DNA from: Candidatus Nanohaloarchaea archaeon
Lineage (GTDB): Archaea > Nanohalarchaeota > Nanosalinia > Nanosalinales > Nanosalinaceae
Assembly (NCBI GenBank): GCA_047617745.1
Contig: JBLGBN010000033.1
Span: 1 to 4,726, forward strand
Direction of reading: 5' to 3'
DNA: 4,726 nt
Position 1 is the first letter of the stretch. Each line of letters opens with the position of its first letter. The translations under genes were made by a program, and so were the position numbers. A model generated the notes under the pieces. It had not been told where the DNA came from and searched no databases. It saw only the letters and a list, made by a program, of their open reading frames with translations. This document shows, piece by piece, positions 1 through 4,726 of the stretch.

Positions 1-290
1 GCGACATCGATTCTGAGCATGCCGTCGTATGCCGAGTTCAGATCTGCTCTCCAGTTGTTGTATCCAACTGAGGAGATCTCTGCAATGATGATGTCGCCTT
101 CTTCCGGCAGATATCTTCCGGACATCGGAACGACTCTTACAGAGTTCTGACCGTATTCTACAACTCCTACGTATTTTGAAATGATTTTATCGTCTTCTTC
201 GTACACACCAGAGTTTGGATAAAGTTCATCCCCGTCGTAGACGGTATCTCCTGGTGTAACTAGTTCTTTTTCTTCTTTTACACGTGACAT
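1..290 (-). CDS. rrp4: Exosome complex RNA-binding protein Rrp4 (N-terminal part; runs off the window's left edge)
   Basis: Not in the ORF track. Manual translation from ATG at 290 gives MSRVKEEKELVTPGDTVYDGDELYPNSGVYEEDDKIISKYVGVVEYGQNSVRVVPMSGRYLPEEGDIIIAEISSVGYNNWRADLNSAYDGMLRIDV. It has the Rrp4 N-terminal 'VTPGD' and the 'GRYxPxxGDxxI' entry into the S1 domain. SD-like AGGTG at 302-306. Synteny with SBDS and psmA. Confidence 0.93.
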   Translation of the reverse strand, partial: MSRVKEEKELVTPGDTVYDGDELYPNSGVYEEDDKIISKYVGVVEYGQNSVRVVPMSGRYLPEEGDIIIAEISSVGYNNWRADLNSAYDGMLRIDV

Positions 291-342
291 TTTAAATTTT
301 GCACCTATTTTATCAAGTTATTCTTCTCACAGAAAAATCTGC

Positions 343-352
343 TTTTATAATA
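343..352 (-). promoter_or_regulatory. Putative TATA box for rrp4
   Basis: Minus strand reads TATTATAAAA about 55-60 nt upstream of the rrp4 ATG, leaving room for a short leader containing the AGGTG SD. The BRE is weak. Confidence 0.45.
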
Positions 353-364
353 CCTAAATCGGTA

Positions 365-415
365 GAAAAGCTTAAATACGAAATCCGTAGAACGAGGGGG
401 GAAGACTGTTAAGTA
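365..415 (+). promoter_or_regulatory. Putative BRE/TATA elements for the 437..1580 gene pair
   Basis: Two candidates: GAAAAGC-TTAAATA (365-378) and GAAGACTG-TTAAGTA (401-415). The second starts 28 nt before ATG437, the spacing of a leaderless transcript. Confidence 0.45.
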
Positions 416-436
416 CCATTCTATAGTAACAAATAT

Positions 437-871
437 ATGCGATGGGCAGAATCAGTTACAGCTGAAGAACTGGAATATACCCGAAGAAGTCTCACCTATG
501 GCCGACAGTTCAACCTGGAGTTTGAATCAGAGGAGCAGTCAGAAGAAACTGAAAATTCCAGTTTCTACGCTGCAGCTGTCGGAATGGGAGATGAAATAGA
601 GAAGGAAATGGAGCTTATTGAAGAAAATGTTGATGCTTTTCTAGACGATTGTATTACCGCAGATCTAGGTATTTATAGCGGAGGAGCAGACAACAGGAGA
701 GAGCATATCAACTCTACAAACTGGATTTTGAAGATGAAGAAAAAATACCGGAATCTGGTGACAGGTTCGTATGCGACCTTCAGTTTATACATGGACTTCA
801 GGTTGCTGATAGTCCATGGGAAAATACTTCTAGGTAGAGGTGTTAAGTTTGAAGAGAAGAGATGTAATTAA
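437..871 (+). CDS. Hypothetical protein (acidic N-terminal half, basic/hydrophobic C-terminus)
   Basis: 144-aa ORF with ATG start, an upstream TATA-like element and halophile-like Glu-rich composition. It overlaps the next gene. No motif recognised. Confidence 0.6.
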   Translation: MRWAESVTAEELEYTRRSLTYGRQFNLEFESEEQSEETENSSFYAAAVGMGDEIEKEMELIEENVDAFLDDCITADLGIYSGGADNRREHINSTNWILKMKKKYRNLVTGSYATFSLYMDFRLLIVHGKILLGRGVKFEEKRCN

Positions 872-1580
872 AGGGTTAACTACAGTAGGGTTTCTAAATA
901 TCACTGAAGGGTCTGCGCACCGAGATACACGAAACTTCGCACAGGACAAACTCGATCTCTTCAACGGCTATAATGGGGTCCCAAGACATTATTTTGAGGA
1001 TAGTAATTTCAGGGATAGAGTGGAGGAGGATTTCAACTATCAAGATCCCAGCAAACTGGTTCAAGGCGAGCCAAACATGATTGTGGATTTCAGAGTTTAT
1101 GACAACTTGGATGTCGATATATCTTTCTACGATGAGGTCGAGGACTTTTTCTCCGAGCATGGAGTTAATACAATGTGTATAGAGTACGGCGAGAATCTGG
1201 ATTCCAGTAATATAGAAAACCATGAGCAGGCTATCAAAATACTTGGAAACTCAGAGATTCCAGAATCGATAGATTCCGAAAGCGTGTACTCCAGGATTGA
1301 CACAGCTTATCAGAATCTAGGGGTTCAGGTATTTCTTGTTCCCTGGGATATCGCGGGCCCTAATGGAGGATACGAGTTCACAGGTATAGCCCTTGGAACA
1401 CGATCAGTCGTGGAGTTTGGCAGGAATATAGAATCTAACTTGGATATCACAAAACATGAAATCCTTCACACTCTGGGTTTAGACCATTCTGATAACCCTG
1501 ATAACCTTATGTACTACAAAGAGGGAGGGAGCGATCTTAATCCCTGCCAGTGGGAAGAGGTCAGAGAACAGCTTTCCTGA
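849..1580 (+). CDS. Matrixin-like (metzincin, peptidase M10-type) zinc metalloprotease with putative Tat signal peptide
   Basis: HEILHTLGLDH (1455-1487) matches HExxHxxGxxH and is followed by the Met-turn 'SDNPDNLMYY'. The N-terminus KRRDVIKGLTTVGFL is a twin-arginine motif. The ORF track starts at GTG840, but TTG849 is preferred because GAGGTG (837-842) lies 6 nt upstream, giving MKRRDVIK. Confidence 0.85.
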   Translation: MKRRDVIKGLTTVGFLNITEGSAHRDTRNFAQDKLDLFNGYNGVPRHYFEDSNFRDRVEEDFNYQDPSKLVQGEPNMIVDFRVYDNLDVDISFYDEVEDFFSEHGVNTMCIEYGENLDSSNIENHEQAIKILGNSEIPESIDSESVYSRIDTAYQNLGVQVFLVPWDIAGPNGGYEFTGIALGTRSVVEFGRNIESNLDITKHEILHTLGLDHSDNPDNLMYYKEGGSDLNPCQWEEVREQLS

Positions 1581-1581
1581 T

Positions 1582-2268
1582 CTAGACTTCTTTCATCTCG
1601 GTCTCTCCCGAAGTCATATCCTGGAGTTCATCGATCAGTTCGGATAAAACCCCGGCGGGAAGGGTCAATCTTGCGGTAAAGTAGTTATTACCCCACTGCT
1701 CCTCCTCGATCTCTGCAACCTGCTGTAGTTTGTCGTAGGCTTTACCGGCTTTATCATTCGGTATTCTGATAGCTACTGTTTTCTCATCAAGCGAGACCGG
1801 GATGATTGGTCTGAGTTCGTCGATCGCGTCCTCGAACTTCTCCTCAAGATCGGAATCCCAGTCAATGTTAAAACCGGCTTCTTCCAGCGCGTTCTCAACT
1901 CGTTCCGGAGGGTGCGGGTTACCGGTTTTCGGGTTTTGAACCCTTCTGGATATCATACTAACCAGTTGCTTCCATTTCTCCTCACGCATCTCGGCTTTCT
2001 GCTCGGTGGTTAGCTGCATGTCGCCTTTCTTGAATATCTCATCTGCAGCTTCCATTATCTGCCGGGTTCCAAACTCTTTCTCGATCTCGTCGGCTGAAGC
2101 TCTCTCCCCTTCTCCAGCATCTGTAAATATTTCCTGGACGAAAAGCATTCTCTGGATATCATGGTCTTTTCCCTCCAGTTTTGCTTCCTTCGCCAGATCG
2201 GGTTCAACGAGAATTTCGAACTGTTTATCTCCGCGGTACTGCACCTTGATCGCGTCTGAAGTATCCAT
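1582..2268 (-). CDS. sdo1: Ribosome maturation factor SBDS/Sdo1
   Basis: 228 aa with SBDS motifs FEILVEPD, IFTDAGEGERAS, LTTEQKAEMRE, NPKTGNPHPPERVENALEEAG and LRPIIP. Lies directly downstream of psmA as in the conserved archaeal cluster. Confidence 0.97.
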   Translation of the reverse strand: MDTSDAIKVQYRGDKQFEILVEPDLAKEAKLEGKDHDIQRMLFVQEIFTDAGEGERASADEIEKEFGTRQIMEAADEIFKKGDMQLTTEQKAEMREEKWKQLVSMISRRVQNPKTGNPHPPERVENALEEAGFNIDWDSDLEEKFEDAIDELRPIIPVSLDEKTVAIRIPNDKAGKAYDKLQQVAEIEEEQWGNNYFTARLTLPAGVLSELIDELQDMTSGETEMKEV

Positions 2269-2288
2269 ACTAGGAAATACGTCAGCAG

Positions 2289-2305
2289 AAGTTAAACGGT
2301 TTTTG
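2289..2305 (-). promoter_or_regulatory. Putative BRE/TATA promoter for a leaderless SBDS mRNA
   Basis: Minus strand reads CAAAAACCG-TTTAACTT. The TATA begins 28 nt upstream of ATG2268, and there is no SD before the ATG. Confidence 0.5.
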
Positions 2306-2322
2306 ATTTAAGAAGTAGAATT

Positions 2323-2332
2323 AAGAGAAAAA
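2323..2332 (-). terminator. Possible oligo-U archaeal terminator after psmA
   Basis: TTTTTCTCTT within a pyrimidine-rich tract about 25 nt downstream of the psmA stop. Confidence 0.3.
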
Positions 2333-2355
2333 TATGGGGGATAAAGAATGAGGGT

Positions 2356-3063
2356 TTATTCTAGCCCTCTTTCTTCTAGGTCTTCTGGTTCTACTCTGTG
2401 GTATTCCTCGTCGATGTCAACCAGAGCGAGTTCGATGTTCTCTAACTCAATATCGTCTTCTCCCTGTCTAAGCGCTTCTACAGCCATCTCGACTGCTTCT
2501 TCTTCGCTCAGTCCTTCTTCCCAGTTCTCTTCCAGGTGTTCCTTTGTCTCGTTTCCGCCTTTTCCTATTGCTATAGCGTTCCACTGGTTGAGTGTTCCGG
2601 AAGGATCTGTCTGGTATACCTTCGGATTTCCGTCTTTTACCCCTCCGGAGATAGTTGATACTCCGTAAGGTCTTACTCCTCCGTACTGTGTGAACTGCTG
2701 GCATCTATCGGCTACAAACTTGGCGAGTACCGGGGTTGGTATTTCCTCGTCGTAGGTCATCAGGTAGGTTTGTGCTTCGTTTCTTGTCTCATCGACAAGT
2801 GTTCTTCCGTCTGCTACCAGTCCGGATGTAACTAGACCGAGGTGGTCGTCTACCTTGAATACTTTCTCAGGGTTTCTTACTTTGAGCTGGTGGTTGGATC
2901 TGGTCGCTGCCAGCACGACACCGTTATCGTATGTTAGTCCTAGAGCTGTTGCTCCTTTCTTGACCGCTTCCTTTGCGTATTCTACCTGGAAAAGCCTTCC
3001 GTCTGGTGAGAAGATTGTGATTCCGCGGTCGTACTGTGCCTGCTGTTGGTTAGTCATCTGCAT
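2356..3063 (-). CDS. psmA: 20S proteasome alpha subunit
   Basis: Signature YDRGITIFSPDGRLFQVEYA, plus SGLVADGR, TQYGGVRPYGVS, TDPSG and AIGKG. SD AGGTGA at 3073-3078, 9 nt upstream of the ATG. Confidence 0.99.
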   Translation of the reverse strand: MQMTNQQQAQYDRGITIFSPDGRLFQVEYAKEAVKKGATALGLTYDNGVVLAATRSNHQLKVRNPEKVFKVDDHLGLVTSGLVADGRTLVDETRNEAQTYLMTYDEEIPTPVLAKFVADRCQQFTQYGGVRPYGVSTISGGVKDGNPKVYQTDPSGTLNQWNAIAIGKGGNETKEHLEENWEEGLSEEEAVEMAVEALRQGEDDIELENIELALVDIDEEYHRVEPEDLEERGLE

Positions 3064-3110
3064 TATTAGAATTCACCTTTGATAGTTATGTCAAAGTTAA
3101 GTCTTGGAAG

Positions 3111-3128
3111 ATTTATTAACCTGTTCCG
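3111..3128 (-). promoter_or_regulatory. Putative BRE/TATA promoter of psmA
   Basis: Minus strand reads CGGAACAGG-TTAATAAAT. The predicted start is near 3089, giving a short leader containing the SD. Confidence 0.55.
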
Positions 3129-3168
3129 TCCGTTTCTTTTTCCGCGAGGTTTCAGTTCCCTGGAACTG

Positions 3169-3183
3169 GAAAGCCTTTTTTAG
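3169..3183 (+). promoter_or_regulatory. Putative BRE/TATA promoter of the leader-tRNA-Ile unit
   Basis: GAAAGCC-TTTTTTAG resembles the archaeal BRE-TATA arrangement and predicts a start around 3204-3208. No TATA-like element lies closer to the tRNA. Confidence 0.55.
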
Positions 3184-3206
3184 ATTATGCGGACAGACAA
3201 TCTACA

Positions 3207-3236
3207 TGGGATGAAAGCCGGTTAACCGGCCGACCA
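3207..3236 (+). ncRNA. K-turn-containing hairpin (putative L7Ae-binding element) in the tRNA 5' leader
   Basis: UGG-GAU-GA-AA-GCCGG-UUAA-CCGGC-C-GA-CCA. C-stem UGG/CCA, 3-nt bulge GAU, tandem G.A/A.G pairs, and a 5-bp GC stem with UUAA loop. Contains box C-like AUGAAAG and box D-like CCGA. Confidence 0.55.
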
Positions 3237-3245
3237 CAGATACGG

Positions 3246-3373
3246 GCTCCACTAGCTCAGGGGTTAGAGCACCGTCCTTATACGGACCTCACACAGAAAA
3301 ATACTGGCCTTTGAAGCCCTGTGTGTTGCCTAAAGTTAGGCGGCGGTCCCGGGTTCGAATCCCGGGTGGAGCA
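3246..3373 (+). tRNA. tRNA-Ile (anticodon UAU) with a 55-nt intron at canonical position 37/38; CCA not encoded
   Basis: Acceptor GCTCCAC(3246-52)/GTGGAGC(3366-72) with discriminator A3373. D-arm GCTC/GAGC. Anticodon stem CCGTC(3272-76)/GGCGG(3339-43). Loop C-T-TAT-A(3277-82) plus A3338. Variable loop CGGTC. T-arm CCGGG-TTCGAAT-CCCGG. Confidence 0.93.
3283..3337 (+). other. tRNA intron with relaxed bulge-helix-bulge junction
   Basis: Removing 3283-3337 restores a 7-nt anticodon loop. CTT(A) at 3277-80 pairs with (A)AAG at 3332-35 (3 of 4 pairs), with bulges TAC and TTA. Internal stem CACACAG(3290-96)/CTGTGTG(3319-25). Confidence 0.85.
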
Positions 3374-3379
3374 ATTTAC

Positions 3380-3736
3380 ATGGAACAGATTGAAGAGGGA
3401 AGTCTGTGGAACGAAGTGGAGAAGGTAAAAGATTTTCACGGCAGGAATTTCTCACAATTGACCGATAATTTCTACATAATGAGAGCGGTTCTGAGATATT
3501 ACTCGGTGAAACAGGGAAAGTCGATCACCTCAGCGAGTATTTCTGATAATTTCCCCCTAACAGCGCCGGTTGCAGGTTCGTGTCTAACCGCTCTTGAGAA
3601 GCTTGACGTTGTTGAAAAGAGAACAGAGTCAAGTTCGAAGAGCCGTTATCTGCCCCAGGATGTCGATATGGAGAGGATGATGGAGCTTGAAGAGGTCTTG
3701 AAGAGGCGGCTGGAGATAGAGGATTTTTTAACCTGA
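3380..3736 (+). CDS. Putative winged helix-turn-helix DNA-binding protein (118 aa)
   Basis: The start is taken as ATG3380 because the track's 3311 start lies inside the tRNA. ITSASISDNFPLTAPVAGSCLTALEKLDVVEKR...SRY fits the helix-turn-recognition helix-beta wing pattern of archaeal wHTH proteins. The fold is judged by eye only. Confidence 0.7.
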   Translation: MEQIEEGSLWNEVEKVKDFHGRNFSQLTDNFYIMRAVLRYYSVKQGKSITSASISDNFPLTAPVAGSCLTALEKLDVVEKRTESSSKSRYLPQDVDMERMMELEEVLKRRLEIEDFLT

Positions 3737-3754
3737 GCTAGGTAAATTAGAGGT

Positions 3755-3997
3755 ATGGTATCCGGAAATCTGAAGACGTATCTGAACCATTTTCTGCCCC
3801 GGGAGATTGTAGGGCCGGTGATTATAGTTTTCTCGCTTGAAGGCGTTATCAGCGGTTTGTTTGATCTTTATGTCCCTCAGGAGTTTGCAACTCTGGCCTG
3901 GGGAGCTATCTTTTTGATGTCGGTTTACCTGGTTGCCAAGTGGGGTACAACCGGCGAAGCTGAAGAAGAGCTTGAAGAAAAGCTTGAAGGTACCTAA
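3755..3997 (+). CDS. Small membrane protein (two predicted TM segments, acidic C-terminal tail)
   Basis: 80 aa with hydrophobic stretches IVGPVIIVFSLEGVISGLFDLYV and FATLAWGAIFLMSVYLVAKW, and tail EAEEELEEKLEGT. Starts 18 nt after the wHTH stop, with AGGT motifs upstream. Confidence 0.75.
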   Translation: MVSGNLKTYLNHFLPREIVGPVIIVFSLEGVISGLFDLYVPQEFATLAWGAIFLMSVYLVAKWGTTGEAEEELEEKLEGT

Positions 3998-4017
3998 GTA
4001 GAGCTATAGAGATTTTA

Positions 4018-4593
4018 TTATATCGCGTTAAGGGCATCCTGCATATTTTCATAATTCTCTGCTAGATCATTCAGCCCTGTCTTGAGTTCATACCGCATCC
4101 AGTTTCGGGGTTTGGTCCTGTCTGCTCTGGTTGATTTTCCATCGTGAATATCGAGCATGCCTAGTTTACCAGTTTCTGGATCACGGTAGATGTTCTGTGG
4201 TTTTGTATCTACCTCGAAGCCTTCCTCCGCGGCAGGCTCTATAATATCCTCAAATACTTCATCGACAAAATTTACAGGATTTTGAATCAGGTCCCTGAAT
4301 GTTTCCTCCATTTTTCTCTGCACCACAACAAAATCGTATCCGAATTCAGGTCCAAGTTCTGAATAAACCGTTTCTGGGTAAGGGATATTTGCGCTGTCCA
4401 GCCTCTCCATATTTTCTTCGACTAACCCATTTCTTTTGTCGTCTGTAAACTTTGCGACGGTGCCGTTTTCGAGAAAATACACTGCCTCTGCCATCTGATA
4501 GTTGTATATATCTTTTTCCAGCGGCTCTATCCCGGAATTTAGGCATCGATCTGCGTTATCTTCCAGGTCTACATCGTTGAGGTTAACTGACAC
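4018..4593 (-). CDS. Minimal protein-kinase-like (PKL superfamily) protein
   Basis: 191 aa, GTG start. Motifs in kinase order: TVAKF (K48), E60 (helix C), IPYPE, VVVQRKME (hinge), DTKPQNI (D129/K131/N134 catalytic loop, 4192-4209), LGMLD (D148, DFG-equivalent). TATA-like TTTTTATT at 4627-4634 on the minus strand. Confidence 0.7.
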   Translation of the reverse strand: MSVNLNDVDLEDNADRCLNSGIEPLEKDIYNYQMAEAVYFLENGTVAKFTDDKRNGLVEENMERLDSANIPYPETVYSELGPEFGYDFVVVQRKMEETFRDLIQNPVNFVDEVFEDIIEPAAEEGFEVDTKPQNIYRDPETGKLGMLDIHDGKSTRADRTKPRNWMRYELKTGLNDLAENYENMQDALNAI

Positions 4594-4691
4594 AGCCAGA
4601 CACTATGTTGTTATTACCAGGCAGCAAATAAAAAGCTGTTGGTTTTTCCGGTCAGGAAACTGACTTTAACACGTGAAAGAATTTGTTCTGT

Positions 4692-4726
4692 ATGGAAGAG
4701 TTTGACCTAATTATTATCGGCGCCGG
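4692..4726 (+). CDS. FAD/NAD(P)-dependent oxidoreductase, N-terminal fragment (runs off the window's right edge)
   Basis: ATG4692 gives MEEFDLIIIGAG, the start of a Rossmann GxGxxG dinucleotide-binding motif. TATA-like TTTAAC (4665-4670) starts 27 nt upstream, suggesting a leaderless mRNA. Confidence 0.8.
   Translation, partial: MEEFDLIIIGA

Noticed and set aside
894..1223. 109-aa minus-strand ORF
   Set aside because: Antisense shadow of the metalloprotease. Its hydrophobic, Ile-rich composition mirrors the acidic codons on the coding strand.
291..1581. IS element or transposon as the cause of the insertion
   Set aside because: No transposase, terminal inverted repeats or target-site duplication were seen.
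2006..3082. ORFs 2006..2311(+), 2348..2668(+), 2468..2704(-) and 2855..3082(+)
   Set aside because: Ser-rich antisense or Arg-rich alternate-frame shadows of SBDS and psmA, with no motifs.
3277..3282. Reading the anticodon as UUA (ochre suppressor)
   Set aside because: The stem register CCGTC/GGCGG fixes C32-U33, placing TAT at 34-36 with purine A37. A UUA reading breaks U33 and the stem.
3207..3337. Canonical box C/D or H/ACA guide RNA in the leader or intron (like the tRNA-Trp intron guide)
   Set aside because: The intron has no RUGAUGA or CUGA boxes. The leader has only one C/D-like pair, its spacer is self-complementary, and there is no convincing pseudouridylation pocket. Only the K-turn is claimed.
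3348..3366. CCCGGG-TTCGAAT-CCCGGG direct/inverted repeat
   Set aside because: Fully explained by the tRNA T-arm.
3311..3379. N-terminal 23 codons of the 141-aa ORF (MKPCVLPKVRRRSRVRIPGGAIY)
   Set aside because: They lie within the tRNA intron and 3' exon, and the basic composition is atypical. ATG3380 is the credible start.
4346..4546. 66-aa Arg-rich minus-strand ORF
   Set aside because: Alternate frame inside the kinase-like gene. Its composition is inconsistent with this acidic proteome.
3374..4726. Integrated element (att site) at the tRNA 3' end
   Set aside because: No integrase and no duplicated tRNA 3' end seen within the window. It cannot be excluded beyond the window.
1..4726. CRISPR array or tandem repeats
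   Set aside because: No regularly spaced repeats were seen, and the intergenic regions are too short.

Overview
Archaeal chromosomal window with very acidic proteins and moderate GC. I infer a Nanohaloarchaeota/DPANN-like halophile, because acidic proteins occur with an exosome gene (Halobacteria lack the exosome) and a tRNA-Ile(UAU). The minus strand carries part of the conserved psmA-SBDS-rrp4 (proteasome/exosome) gene cluster. It is interrupted between SBDS and rrp4 by two plus-strand accessory genes: a hypothetical protein and a twin-arginine (Tat) signal-bearing matrixin-like zinc metalloprotease. Divergent from psmA is an unannotated RNA unit: BRE/TATA promoter, then an ~40-nt leader that folds into a K-turn hairpin, then an intron-containing tRNA-Ile with the rare UAU anticodon (3246-3373, 55-nt intron at 37/38). 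Six nt later comes a winged-helix gene, followed by a small membrane protein gene. A convergent minimal protein-kinase-like gene and the 5' end of an FAD-dependent oxidoreductase finish the window. The K-turn leader/tRNA-Ile(UAU)/wHTH unit is the most interesting element.
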